A stretch of 64,000 nucleotides of DNA, taken from contig OX597819.1 of the NCBI GenBank assembly GCA_951406725.2, positions 127,100,001-127,164,000 on the forward strand. The letters run 5' to 3'. The notes under the pieces are model-generated. The model was not told where the DNA came from, did no database searches, and saw only the letters and a program-made list of their open reading frames with translations. Position numbers and translations under genes: made by a program. Below, one piece after another: positions 13,973 to 27,460 of this stretch; positions within the stretch are counted from its first letter, which is position 1; the number at the start of each line of letters is the position of its first letter. Source of the stretch: Octopus vulgaris. Taxonomy: Eukaryota.

Positions 13973-14352
13973 GGAGACGCAATGGCCCAGTGGTTAGGGA
14001 AACGGACTCGCGGTCGGAGGATCGCGGTTTCGATTCCCAGACCGGGCGTTGTGTGTGTTTATTGAGCGAATACACCTAAAGCTCCACGAGGCTCCGGCAG
14101 GGGTTGGCGGCGACCCCTGTTGTACTTTTTCGCCCCAACTTTCTCTCACTCTTTCTTCCTGTTTCTTGTCCCTGACTTCCTACGCAACCGCTGAGCCTGG
14201 ATGCGCATTCACTCATCCGTCGATGCTCTCTGTGTCGAGGGTTGACCTGCTTTCTCTTCTGCGGGTCTTACGAATAGCAAAGGACCACGTTTCGGACTTC
14301 TCCCACCTTGCGAGCTCTGGGACGAAGACCGTTCGCTCAACAGCAACAACAA
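13973..14352 (+). mobile_element. SINE family B, tail type 1, with TSD
   Basis: tRNA-like head GGAGACGCAATGGCCCAGTGGTTAGG...TTCGATTCCC, (CAA)n tail, TSD CAACCGAAGT on both sides. Confidence 0.92.
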
Positions 14353-14523
14353 CAACCGAAGTTCCACCAAACTACACTTTTAATCTTATAAAAGAGAACA
14401 TTGGATAATGATTATAGGTTCGTATGTATGCGTTTGTACGTGTGTGCTTGTGCCTGTGTGGCACCTTGTGAAATTATAGGGGACATTTTTCATTTAAACA
14501 CATGTCAGTAAAAAAATAAATGG

Positions 14524-15000
14524 GTACTCCGTCGGTTTTGCCGACAAGTGTTCCAGCTGATCCGACCAACGGAACAGCCTGCTCGTGAAGTTAATATGTA
14601 AGTGGCTGCGCACTTCATAGATACGCATACCTATTTCTTTAATACCCACACGGGGCTAAACAGAGAGAGGACAAACAAGGACAGACAAACGGATTAAGTA
14701 GATTATATCGACCCCAGTGCGTAACTGGTACTTAATTTATCGACCCCGAAAGGATGAAAGGCAAAGTCGACCTCGGCGGAATTTGAATTCAGAACGTAAC
14801 GGCCGACGAAATACGGCTACGCTTTTCGCCCGGCGTGCTAACGTTTCTGCCAGCTCGCCGCCTTAATAGATATGCATACCCTTAAAATAGTTCTCAGGGA
14901 CACAGGATTTCACAAGATTGGCCTTTTGAAATGTAGGTACTACTCACGTTTGCCAGTTGAATGGACTGAAACAAAGGGAAATAAAGTGTCATGCTCAAGG
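14524..15000 (-). mobile_element. Old CORE-like SINE interrupted by a family C SINE (14632-14862) with a ~15-bp TSD
   Basis: The host tail matches that of the 42312 copy. The insert is flanked by ATAGATACGCATACC / ATAGATATGCATACC. Confidence 0.8.
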
Positions 15001-16261
15001 ATGTGATTCTTTAATTATCATTAGGTATGTTCATTACAAAAACCGTTTCAACATCAGAATCAGTTTTCATCAAATGGGACATTATTATTTCAAGGCTATA
15101 ATTAGCCTTGAGATTTCATGCTTCTATCATACTGCGAGTGTTGATTTTTCCCAAAGCGAACGAAAAATCATTCACTGCTCATTCCAACTCATTCCAAAGG
15201 CCGTTTCCTTAAATTATTTCTGGAAGATTCTAATTTGGCATGCATATTTGAGATTTTCCATGACAACATTATTAATAATAAGCAAAACATCAAATCATAT
15301 AGCCCCTGATTTTTGTTGAAAATAAATCGGTTCTCCTAGCAAAGGATGAACTGTATAAATTCTACCAAAACTATCTGAAACCCATTCACATTGTTCCACT
15401 TTTGTCTACGTTGATTAAGTCGTATTGTACCAAGAGTAATATTAAAATTATTACTATAACCAATTGCCTTCATTTTTCTTCTTCTATTAAGCTATAAGAC
15501 TTTTGAGGTGATTGCGTTCGAGTGCTTCTGTATATGCTTTGAATACAATAATTTGTTGCTTGGATAAATGTAATGGCAACCATTCAACGGCCTGAGAGTT
15601 TTGTTGAATTGGAAATTATAATATCTATGGCCATTAAATATTAATATATAACATAATAATACATGCCACATATATAATATCTATAAATAATATACACCCA
15701 CATTCGCGCATGCGTAAACACATACACATAAATATTACATACATATATTGTGTTAATAGTTGCAAAGACTTACTTCTACTAAAGATTCTCTGTTAGATAT
15801 GTCTTGTGATTGATGAGCCGACTTGATTCGGATTAAAATATAAAATATTGTACATATTTAAAATTAAAACTTTCTAGTACCCGATTTGTTAACGATTTCT
15901 AGTACCTTTCATGTTAACGAAAGGGTATCAAAAGTTTTTGAGTGATGAAGTGAGCATGTAAAAAAAGAAAATTATTGGGAACTTCAGGTCTAAATTTGAT
16001 GTTAAATCCTGCTACAAAATAAGTAATAAACAGGAAACTAATGTAAAATATTTTCTGGTGAGCATAGCACAAAAAATGTGGTAAGTTTTGTTTAACAGCT
16101 GAGCTAATCATTTCTTCACAGGGTGTGCAAGAATCCAAGGAAACTAGTAATGGTCTGATTTGGCAATAAGTATCACATAGGTTAGATTCTAGACGAGGTC
16201 AATAAACTTAATTTCCATGAAAACTGAAGACTTTAACGCTTAAGATTGTTCCCTTTATCTA

Positions 16262-17410
16262 TCAGGTCATCCCATAAGTTCTGTCCGAATTTTGAATAAA
16301 GAAAACAAGTGATCGAATGTTATATTTAATTGAAATTTAATCATCAATGTACTTTCTCTGATTATCTATGACTTCCTTCCATCTATTTACAAGCTTTTTA
16401 ATCCCATCAATGTAAAACTCTTTTGGTTTCAAAGCGAAGAACTCTGAAATGTCAGGTTCGACCTCCTCCTGGCTTGCGAAAGTTATGTCCCCCAAATGAT
16501 TCTGTAAAATACGAAACAAATGGTAGTCGGAAGGATCAAGGTCGGGAGAATAAGGTAGATAAGGAAAATTTACCCATACAAGCTCTTCGATCTTCTGTGA
16601 TGTGATCTTTGCAGTGTGGGGTTGCGCATTGTCCTGATGAAACATCACTCCTTTTCGATTCACTAAAGTGGTTCTTTTTTTCTTCAAAGCTTGGTTCAAA
16701 CGCTCTAATTGCTGACAGTAGACTTGAGCATTGATTGTTGCATTAGATGGTAACAATTCGAAGTGAATTACTCATTTGCAATCCCACCAGATAGTGAGAA
16801 GAACCTTTTTCCTATGAAGTTCCCTTCTCGGTTGTTGTTGAGCTTTTTCTCTTTTACCAAGCCACTGTTTACGACGTTTAACTTTTCGATAGAAGATCCA
16901 TTTTTCCTCACCAGTCACAAGTTAATCAAGAAATGACGAAATGAGTTCGCGAGAATGGAGAGAAGAGCAGATGTCAACTCGGGATTTGCGGTTGCTTTCA
17001 ATGCCCCAAGGAACTTATCATCAAACTCAACTGGACGTCCTGTTCGATCTTCATCTTCAAGGCTGAAATCTCCACTTGTGAATTTTGCAAACCATCTTCT
17101 GCAAGTTCTTTCATTCGAACATTCTTTGCCATAAACTGAGTGTATGTTTTGAGTCGCTTCGGATGCAAAGTTTCCTTTTTTGTACTCTTAAGGCATTATG
17201 TGCCACAAATGCTCTTTGGATACTTCCATGTTAAAAAGGGTTTTAATCAAAGAAATTTAATTATATTATTCTGTAAAATAATTAATTAGTTTAAATGTAC
17301 ACAAATGCATAAAAATAATTTTTAATTCCATTAGACATTCTAAAATACTATTAAATTTCTTTCAATTTTAAAAAAAGGTAAACTCGGACAGAACTTATGG
17401 GATGACCTGA
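16262..17410 (-). mobile_element. mariner (DD34D) element with internal deletion
   Basis: Matching TIRs TCAGGTCATCCCATAAGTTCTGTCCGA and a TA TSD on both sides. ORF 16337..16756 carries HQDNAQPH and YSPDLDPSDYHLF. Confidence 0.95.
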
Positions 17411-17448
17411 TAGGTGTAAGGAAGAGAGAAGGGGAAGGAGGTCGGGAG

Positions 17449-17518
<70 letters not shown>

Positions 17519-18986
17519 ATAAAGAGAGAGAGAACATGGTGTGTAATTTTAGGTGGAAGCTAGGGAAATTTCATTTCAGAATTGTTATCTGTATAGTCTG
17601 CATTTAACCATTCTTAAGCAAATTTAGTTTTATAACTTGTTCAAACGAATCTCTACGTTGTTTAGTGCTTACCAAGCAGGCCTATCATAGAAGAAATTCT
17701 AGCTATGATCTTTCAGACACAACTAGGGAAACTTGGTTGCTATCTTTAGCATGACGAGAGACTACACATGTGTTTCTCTCGTTGGCACGTAGAAATATAG
17801 AAATCAATATATGAATAGTAGGCACTACCAGTGTAGTGCAGTAACTTGATTTAGAATTAGTCACCGTTTGCTTCCGGTCTGAGTAGTTTCACCTACGTTG
17901 AGGTACTTGAGAAGGCAACTGCGTTACATAAAAGACGGAAAATATGTATAATTCTCATTTTATCATCACATTTCATTTGAAGAGAGAATTACTGACATCA
18001 CCTGTGATAGTTAATATAGGTAGATGAAAGAGGTTTTATTTTTGTATTTTCTTTTTTTTTTTTCTTTTTGTTTCTTTTTTCACCGAAATTCTGTCGAATG
18101 TATTGCAAGGTAAGAATAAAGGAATGCTGTTCGTCAGATATTCGCGAATTATTTGGGTTTCATTCGAAATATATGTGGACACAAAAAGTGACGAGAATTA
18201 ATGAAAGAGAAAGAGAAACTGAGAGAGACAGACTTAGGATATGAGAGGGAAAGGGAGTGAAAAGAACAGAGAGAGAGAGAGAGAGAGAGAGGGGTGGAAG
18301 AAGAGAAGAGAGAAAGGAGAGAGTGGCGAGAGAGAGACCTAAAGAGAAATAGTGAAAAATTAGGAAAGGAGAGAGTGAGTGCAAGGTTGTTAAAAAAAAT
18401 GCCAAGAATTGCGAAACGAGTTGGATGAGGAAAAAATATCTGTAAAAGCAAAACAAAAAAAAAAAAAGAAAAAAAAAAAGAGAAGAGAACTGAGAAAAAA
18501 GAATAAAAAAAATTGTTTGTTCTATTTGAGAAAAATATGCCTCAAGCTAAATAGCATTTTGAAATGAGCTTATCCTCTCGAAGACGGAAGAATGCCGGAT
18601 AAAAGGCTGAGATATATTCGAAGAATTTACGACAGAACAGAACAATGATTGTTTCAGTTTATTTTTCTGGATGTATTTCTGTTTATGGCTCATTTGTTTC
18701 TTCGTTTTGTTTTTATTGACTTCTTACAATATTATGTTGCTGCTACTGGTGATGATGTTGTTGTTGCTGTCGACGTTGTCCCTGTTGTTGTTACTGTTAT
18801 TGTCAATTCCCAGGTCAGCTCGGATCAAACAGACCCACGATCAAAAGGTATTCTGCCCTTTTTTTTGTTTTCTTGATGCGGTATAATAGCATCCCTGTTC
18901 TTGAAAAGTAAAATAAAATAAAAGGTAGTACGCTGTGTTTTGAAGAAGATTTAGCTGTTATTTCTAACAAGTCGAATTAGCAAATA

Positions 18987-19110
18987 GGGGCTCCTTTGAT
19001 TACTTGTAATTCCTTGTGACTTGCAAGATCTCGTTGGCTCATGCATGTTAGGGGCTCCTTTGATTACTTGTAAGCTGACTTGCAAGATCTCGTTGGCTCA
19101 TGCATGTTAG
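18987..19110. repeat. Tandem duplication of ~60 bp
   Basis: AGGGGCTCCTTTGATTACTTGTAA...GACTTGCAAGATCTCGTTGGCTCATGCATGTT occurs twice. Confidence 0.9.
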
Positions 19111-19242
19111 AAGGTGGTAAACACTATAAAGCGAGATCGAGTTCAGACCGTAATCTGTTTCAAGTCTTACTTTGACAACATTTTATAAAATTTCAATATA
19201 TTGTAAGAATTATAGCAAATTGGTAGATTTAGTAATGCATCG

Positions 19243-19690
19243 GAATCATTTCGCTTTGACCGGCAGATTTTTAAAATAATTTCTGGCGGTTTCATGTGAA
19301 AATGTCATCCATAATTATGACCCTAGTATCGATCTATTGCATTTCAATGGTTAGGGTTAGTTAAGGTTAGGGGTGGGGGGAAGGGTATCTTTTTTTTCAG
19401 AAATGTAAATAAACCCAATCTGTTTCTTAAACGAGGGCCATTTCCATATGACGCCGCCAGAAAAGTTTACGGCAGAGAATGTTTTCACCACAATAGACGT
19501 CATTGATTGGTTGAAATTGCCGAAATGCAAGAAATTAAAGAACAAATATGTTACAAACTACAGAATTTTTTTCAAGAAAGCCAAGAGAAAAAGATGTTTT
19601 ATAAACACATTCTACCAGTATACGAAGTTTAAAAGTGTTTAGTTACATGGAAATTATTTTTAAAATCTGCCGTTCAAACCGAAAAGATCC
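19243..19690. mobile_element. Non-autonomous TIR element (MITE) with 8-bp TSD
   Basis: Imperfect ~40-bp TIRs GAATCATTTCGCTTTGACCGGCAGATTTT / AAAATCTGCCGTTCAAACCGAAAAGATCC. TSD ATGCATCG at 19235-19242 and 19691-19698. Confidence 0.85.
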
Positions 19691-20294
19691 ATGCATCGAA
19701 CGAATCATTTCGCATTATTTAGTAACTGCCATTTGTGCCCTTAATTTCAAACACACCTTGATCAAATTTTCATTTTTCAATACAGAGTCGAAAAATAAAG
19801 CACCAGTCAAATACAAGAGAAATCATTATTATACCTTTTAATTCCTATATTAGCAATATTATGAGCAGTGAAGGTGGAGAAGGCTCCCAAATTATGTGAA
19901 GTACAGCACACACTTCAGATTGTAATTCAGATTCCCTAACATCGGCTTTAATTTTCAGGATATTCAAATTTATTGCTTAGTCTGAGGTCAGTTCTAAATG
20001 AACTGACGTTTCATTAAAACTATTCCAGTCGTAACTAGACCGTCTCATTTCTACATAGGGTGAACTGAAAATAGCATTATTTAACTTGCATCTGTATTCT
20101 AAGGTAGGGTGTCTGTTGAGGATATGCAAACTCATCCAGTACATCGTAAATTTGCGAAAACACTAGAAACTAGGGAGTTTGGTATCCCTTCATGTTAAAT
20201 TTCTCCCTTTTGCCCGATCGAAAAAACGCACTATAATAGCCTACGACATATTTGCTGTTTATAACGTTAAACGATATGGAAATATTTCCATTGA

Positions 20295-20615
20295 TGCTGT
20301 GCTGCTGTTGCTGTTGAGCTCGCAAGATGGGAGAAGTCCGAAACGTGGTCCTTTGCTATTCGTAAGACCCGCAGAAGAGAAAGCAGGTCAACCCCCGACA
20401 CCGAGAGCATCGACGGATGGATGAATGTGCATCCAGGCTCAGCGATTGCGTAGGAAGTCGGGGACAAGAAACAGGAAGAAAGAGTGAGAGAAAGTTGGGT
20501 CGAAAGAGTACAACAGGGGTCGCCACCACCCCCTGCCGGAGCCTCGTGGAGCTTTAGGTGTTTTAGCTCAATAAACACACACAACGCCCGGTCTGGGAAT
20601 CGAAACCGCGATCCT
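20295..20615 (-). mobile_element. SINE family B, tail type 1, 5'-truncated
   Basis: Reverse complement of the 13973 copy from the B box onward. Confidence 0.9.
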
Positions 20616-21100
20616 ACATCTATCTGTCTGTCTGTCTGGCTACCTGTCTCTCTTTTGCCCGTCTGCTTGCTTGCCTGCCTCTTTGCCTCTCTGTCTGTCT
20701 ATCTGTCTATTTATCATTCTGTGTGTCAGTCGATTTTTTTTTATTTGCCACCCATATCTTCTTGCTGCTATTTCGAGTCTAGATCAATCTGGTCCATGGA
20801 GACCTATGACAAATGGCATTCCAGCCGTGATCATACCATGAAAAGCTTTATGTTTTCTAATGCAGACCACAAAAAACGGTGCAGTCTGATGAGAGCGAGA
20901 AGGAAGGAGAAAAAGAGTAAAGGCGAGAGAAAAATACAGAGAAATTTGGCTGCTATTTCTAGAAAGTCGAGGGTTTGCTTAGAAGCTCTCAAGTTGCTTC
21001 GTGAAATGCGTTTGCGTGTGTATGTGTGGAAGTTTGGTATGTGTGTGTATACGAGAGAGAAAGAGAAAGAGAAGGAGAGCGAGACAGAAAGAATAAAGAC

Positions 21101-21159
<59 letters not shown>

Positions 21160-21515
21160 GTGAGCTAAATTTCGATGAAAATTTGCCATAAATGCTCAGC
21201 CAAAGCAAAAATAACAAATAAAAAAAAAACAATAATAGAGGTTTCTGATTTAAAAATATCCCGCGTTGCAATTACAATGGTTCATATTTCGTCACTAAGT
21301 AGCAAGATAGCATTTCTGTTTGGAAGCAAAAGTAATTTATTACATAATCTTATGTAGAAACGCCGGCAACGTGAGAGCTGAATTCTTTCGTTATTTGCAC
21401 TGAACACTGAATCATAATACGAAGTTGTTGACAGCAAGGAAAGCTTCTGCGTGTTCCGACGACCTACAAAACTCTCACCCCAAAACTCGCATCCCATAGT
21501 ACTGTCTTAAAAATA

Positions 21516-21710
21516 GATAGATCGTTAGCCACTACACACATTTTTCTCTCTCCTTATTTCTTCCCTTGTTTTTTCTATGTCCCTTTCTGTAGAAGAGCGT
21601 AGGCTCGAAACGTAAAAGACTTTTTCAATTCCTGAGCATAATACTAATACATCTGTTTGTTTTGTACACCACCTGTCTTCGTCTTTTGTTTTTTTTCGTA
21701 AACTCTCCCT
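21516..21710 (+). repeat. Dispersed ~190-bp repeat with a minimal hammerhead-like motif (Penelope pLTR-like)
   Basis: Near-identical to 63443-63622 and related to 53838-53995 (-). Motif CTTT-CTGTAGAA-GAGC-GTAG-GCTC-GAAAC-GTA-AAAG. Confidence 0.75.
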
Positions 21711-22126
21711 TAAAAATAGTATATTGGATAACGTATTCTAAATAAGTATAAATTGGGTTGGTTTTGACAGATCTCTTTTGATCAAAGATCTGTTTCGTCT
21801 CAGGATTGACCTGGGCCTAAACAATAAAATTTACTACAACAACAATGCTTAAAGACTAACGTAGCTGGAGTAATGGGGTACTGGCTAATGCTCATTTCAT
21901 TCAAGTGAATCTACACATCTCATCTTTAAACAAGTATATCTAAATGCTTTCTAAGCAAGAATCTTCGACGGAATCTCTTTAACTACTCAGAATAGCCGGC
22001 ACACCTTCCTCAAATCACTCCAAACTCTCCTATTTAAAACAAGAGGACGTCACTTTGGACAATATAATCTGGAGCACAGGGCTTTAAAAAGTGATATTTG
22101 TCCTTATTTCGAGCCGAATTGTAGTT

Positions 22127-22420
22127 GGTTGTTGTTGTTTATTCCTTCTCGAGCCACACCTGGCTCATAAGGGCCGGTTTCCCGGTTTCCTTGGCCTATA
22201 GGTTCCCCACCTGGACGGGACGCCGGTCCGTCGCAGGTGAGCTGCAAGATGCAGGAGGAAAGAGTGAGAGAAAGTTGTGGCGAAAGAGTCAGCAGAAGTT
22301 TCGACATTACCTTCTGTCGGAGCTTAGGTGTTTCGCTCATAAACACACACACCACCCGATCTGAGATTCGAACTCGCGATCCCTCGACCGCAAGTCCACT
22401 GCTCTAACCACTAGACCATG
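22127..22420 (-). mobile_element. SINE family B, tail type 2
   Basis: Family B head and body, then a different tail CCTGCGACGGACCGGCGTCCCGTCCAGG...(CAA)n. Confidence 0.85.
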
Positions 22421-22550
22421 GCAGTACATAACAACTAGGTTACGATTGCGCTTTTGATAATCTTATCTTACTTTTGTTATTGCTCAGTTCCAGGTGAATT
22501 GTTGATGAAGTAGACTATAGGGGAAGATACTCTAACCCAGTATTTAAGTA

Positions 22551-23615
22551 CTAGCAGAGATACCCGGCGTTGCCCGGTTACATTCAATTGAAGAATTAGA
22601 CATTTCTGTTATATTTTCTGAATGAACTGGAATATCTATGTTTCGAATTTCATCAAAATTGCAGTTGAGGGTTATTTACCTCTTTACACGCCCTAAAAAA
22701 TTGTAATCGTGCCACATGGAAACCAAAAGACGAATGATCAGAATAAGCAGTCAGTTACCCTACCCTAGTCGTTACCACTCCCGATGTAGGATTCCTCACC
22801 ATCCAGGTGACAGGTACAGTCGTAAGATGCATTACGAATCTATAGCAATTGGAAGAGCATGACTCAACTGAAATCAACATTAACAACTGCGTGACTTGAG
22901 AGCTTAGGAGAAATTAAAGTGTCACCTCTGGAGTTTGCAAATGACCACTATACTGATACGTAACTGGACAGAATGAATTTAAAATATATCAATGTCTTTG
23001 AATAACCAGTCACTCATCTGGGAAGGCCTTGAAATCAATGTTACCATCTGGGGACTATGTGTGACCGAGTGATAATAAAAAGACTGAAAGGAGGTCTGCA
23101 ATCAAATAACTTTACTCAACACTTTGCAACTGAATCAGTAGAGACAAAGATGCCTCTCATTTACTTAACAATTTATGCACCACATTGCAGAAATCACAAT
23201 GTAAGTGTATGTCAAAGCAAACTGTTACACTGTTGTACCATTGAATTAAAAATAATGCCCAACTTTTATGCTCGGTTAACCCTACAGCTTCCAAGAGCGC
23301 AACTGTATTCGTTTTTGCTTAGATAAAATGACAAAATTGTGGGTGTTACGTCCCCATGGAGGGGGTCTTTCTAACTTTGTAAGAAGATGAAATTTTATAA
23401 ATATGACTTCATTTGTATCTAATATGTATGGTTAAAATTTCATCAGCAGCGAAAATATATGAATTGTTATGGGGGTTATGGCCCTTATGCATAGAATATA
23501 ATTTCCAAATTTCATAAAGATCCATTCAGGACTTTTGACCTAGTTTTGGATCATAAAAGAAATGACTAAAATTTAGGAGTTAAGGCTCCCATTAGGCTGT
23601 TTATATATATATAGA
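22551..23615 (-). mobile_element. Non-autonomous Helitron-like (Lep1-type) element
   Basis: The minus strand starts A|TCTATATATATATAAA and ends with hairpin CCGGGCAACGCCGGG followed by CTAG|T. No TSD. Confidence 0.75.
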
Positions 23616-23921
23616 TATAGATATAGATATAGATATCGATACACACACACACACACAAATTTAAATTGATAGATACAACTGAGTGGGCAAACAAAAATAT
23701 GAGACATAGCCTAGTGCTTTTTTATGTTGATAAGCCTAGTACTTATTCTATTAGTTTGTTCTTGTGAAACCAGTAAGTTTTGTGGATGTGAATAAATGAA
23801 CAGCAGTTGTGAAGCAGTGATGAGGGCGAAACACAGACACAAAGACACACACACACTTACATATATACATATATATATACGATTGATTTGTTTCACTTCC
23901 TGTCTACGAAATCCGTATATA

Positions 23922-26617
23922 TTGTTGTTGGCATCCTTTTTGTCTAGGGAGACAATGGAGTTGCGCATAAAATAATCTAGTCCGGCTTTTACATTTCATG
24001 TCCTAATACATCTGCTGTGGCTGTGTAGTCCTATCCTGGACAAACACTCCTTCTGGCAGGTGCCGCAAATGTATCGAAGACTTTGTCTGGCTGGTTGTAA
24101 TGTCATACTTTCGTGTTGACGTCTTTTCTTGTCTTTCTATTTCTCCTCTCTATGTCACTCCTTTGTGTTCCCTCTTTTACGGTACGTTGCCAATCTCCAC
24201 AGTTGCTGGCAACTGCTTCCCAGTTGGTAATATTGATGTTGCAGGCATTCATGTCCCTTTTGCAAACATCCTTGTATCGTAAGAACGGTCTTCCCACAGA
24301 CCTAGTGCTCCTAGCAAGCTCTCCGTTGAGCATGTCCTTGAGGATTTAGCCATCTTCCATACGACTAACATGTCGAAGCTATCTCATACGTCTTTGTGTG
24401 AGGAGTGTAAACATGCTTGGTATTCCTGCTTGCTTGAGGACATCTTTGTTGTGGACATGATTCTGCCATTTGATGCGAACGATTTTCCGGAGGTAGCGCA
24501 GGTGAAAGATATTTAGGCGACGTATGGCGTCGTATGTCGTTTGTATGGCGTCCAAGTCTCACTTTCATACAGTAGAGTGCTAAGTACACATGCCCGGTAA
24601 ATCTTCATTTCTGTGGTCTTGGTCAGCTTATTGTCCCATGCCCGTTTGGAGAGTTGGGCCATCACAGCAGCTGCCTTGCCAATGCGTATATTGAACTCAG
24701 TATCAAGGGATAGGTTGTAGGTGACGGTAGAGACAAGACAGGTAAACTTTTCTACCTCCTGTAGTCTGTGGTCTGCAATATGTATGTTTGGGATGGTTGA
24801 CGTAGCCTGACCCATGATTTTGGTCTTCTTGAGGCTGATAAATAAGCCAAAGTTTCCACATGCTTGCTCAAAACAGTGGATGAGCCTTTGTAAGGCTTCT
24901 TCTGTGTGTGATACCAGAGCGGCATCATCAGCAAATAGCATCTCCTTGATCAGGACGCTTCTGATTTTGGTCTTGGCATGCAGACGCGAGAGATTGAACA
25001 GTTTCCCGTTACTTCTACTGTGCAGAAACACTCCATCATCTGATGTCACAAAGGCATGTGACAGAAGCAGCGAGAAGATGATGCCAAATAATGTAGGAGC
25101 AAGGACACAACCTTGCTTTACCCCATTTTTTATTTGGAAGGCGGCTGATGCTGAACCATTGTGCTGTATGGTACCTTGCATATCATCATGGAAAGATGTG
25201 ATGATCCTCAGCAGATTTGCTGGACATCCGATTTTTTGGAGCAGGATGAAGAGGCCTTTTCTACTTACCAAGTCAAAGGCCTTTGTCAGATCAATGGAGG
25301 CCATATATAATGGCATTTTCTGCTCTCTGAACTTTTCCTGAAGTTGGCGTATGGAGAATATCATGTTAATAGTTGATCCGCTGCTTCTAAAGCCACACTG
25401 CGATTCTGGATAAATTCGAGAAGCAAGCAGTTGCAGCTTGGACAGGATAATGCGAGCAGAGGCCTTTCCAACAGTGCTTAGAAGAGATATTCCACTGTAA
25501 TTGTTACAATCACCAAGGTCACCTTTGTTTTTGTAAAGCGTAATGGTGTTAGTATCCCGCATATCCTGAGGGATTGTACCCTCTTCCCAGCACTGACACA
25601 GAAGCTCATGAATGTGCCGAAGCAGGATGGTGTTTTTGCCGGTTTTGATGATATCTAAGGGGATGCCGTCTTTTCCCGGAGCCTTGTTACTTTCTAGGGA
25701 GTCAATAGCCTTGGTGAGCTCTGCTATAGATGGCAGACTGCCAAGTTCACACATGACTGGCAATATCTTGATACCCTCGATTGCAGCCTCAGCTGAGTAG
25801 AGATCCTGGTAGTACTCCACCCATCTATCCATTTGCTTGCTTTGGTCCTTGATGAGATCCCCAGAGGGGCTGACTAGGTTGCGGATGGACCGAGGGCCTT
25901 CTTCAAACCACCATACATCCCACGGGTGTCGCCACTGTCAGCAGCTGACTGAATACTCTGACAGATTTCCTGCCAATACCTATTTGCACAGCGTCTGGCA
26001 GTCAGTTGGGTTTTATTTCTTGCCTTTCTTAGTTCTTCGAGTGACTTTATAGAAGAATCACTCTTGTATTACATCAGAGCTGCACGCTTTGTTTCGATAG
26101 CTCTTGCCAGCTCTGAGAGCCCAGCACTGAAAAAAATCTGAGTTTTGCCATTCTCTCATGCCGAAAGTATCTATTGATGTGGTATACAAAGCTTCCCTGA
26201 TATAATTGCCCCTACTTTCAGTAGAGGTGGTTGGGCAGCTACTGAGGGCAACTGTGATAGAAACAGCAAAACATTGTCGCAGTGTAGGGTCGGAGGTTCT
26301 GGCAGTGTTAATGCGTGGTCGGCCCATTTTCTTGGAGTGATGGACTTTTTAGGCAGAATCCTCACCCTGCTTCTTATTAGTGAATGATCTGTGTCACAAT
26401 CCGCGCTGTGGTAACTACAGGTCAGTTGAACAGAATTCAGAAAGGGTTTTCGTGTAATGATGAGATCCAGCTGATGCCAGTGGTGAGATCTTGGATGTCT
26501 CCAAGATGCCTTGTGGGATGTCTTGTTGGCAAAGAATGTGTTAGTGATGCACAGGTTATGGTATGTGCAAAATTCAAGTAGTCTCTGGCCATTGTCATTC
26601 ATGTTGCCAATACCAAA
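23922..26617 (-). mobile_element. RTE-clade LINE, 5'-truncated and frameshifted, with a long TSD
   Basis: EN remnant (NDNGQRLL, HWHQLDLI, DCDTDHSL). RT ORF 24513..25832 (DLTKAFD, GVKQGCVLAPTLF, LFADD). RTE-type 3' end CTCCATTGTCTCCC...GGATGCCAACAACAA. Direct repeats at ~23852-23921 and ~26618-26680. Confidence 0.93.
24513..25832 (-). pseudogene. Reverse transcriptase domain of the RTE LINE
   Basis: 439-aa open segment with canonical non-LTR RT motifs. Flanking segments lie in other frames. Confidence 0.92.
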
Positions 26618-26673
26618 ACACATACACTTACATATATATACGATCGATTTGTTTCATTTCCTGTCTACGAAAT

Positions 26674-26718
<45 letters not shown>

Positions 26719-27460
26719 TAAATATATACATACATGCATACATACATATATGCATACACACACATACATACATACATATTTGGAATTTACAAAAGAAACG
26801 AACAAAAGACGAAAACGGGTGTCTAAACAGCAAACAGGTTTATTACTTTAACGCTCCGAACTTAGGAAAATTTATATGGAGAGTCCTACTAATTTTAAAA
26901 TTAGATATAGGGGATACAAGAATTCATTTATTCACCCCTATATAAAAAATTACAGACATTTTAGTATGTTGTAAGCATAAATATTTAGCGTCTTATAATT
27001 TTCCTAAACTTTAAAATGTAATTTTTTAGAATATAAAAGCTTTTTGAAAATACGGTCCAATTATATAAGTAGATCCAATGAACACTTATGCACAAACCTG
27101 TCATCTTAAATCACTTTTTTATAGTAGAGAGTGAAATATTCCCATTGGCTATTATTTGCATGATAATCTAAAGTTAACCTTTCAGTGAATTTCATTTCTT
27201 ATTTAAACGTTGTAATCCTCTTGAAAAAAAAATGCAGAAAATCTTCGATATTCAAAAACTGAACACTCCCATGTAGTGCCTTACTGCTTTTTGTTGGATT
27301 TTACCTCGAGAAAGGAACTCTGAGGAAGGAGGGCTGAATTTTGAATACTTCGTACAACCACATTTCTGTAACGGCAGCAGGTTAGGAAAAAATTTTAATC
27401 GCCTCTTTCAATTTAGGTTTTAATTTTTCATGTTTATATTCGTATTTTATTATGTTTATA

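Noticed and set aside
13973-14045. tRNA genes at the SINE heads
   Set aside because: A/B boxes are present, but each head runs into a SINE body and no complete cloverleaf is seen.
18040-18120. Polypyrimidine tract and AAG|GTAAG donor as a host exon
   Set aside because: There is no clear acceptor or reading frame. It could be a UTR exon but cannot be supported without RNA data.
19349-19380. Interstitial telomere
   Set aside because: Only a few degenerate units, located inside a MITE.
20484-21191. 235-aa ORF
   Set aside because: Chance read-through of an antisense SINE, an old repeat and a GA microsatellite.
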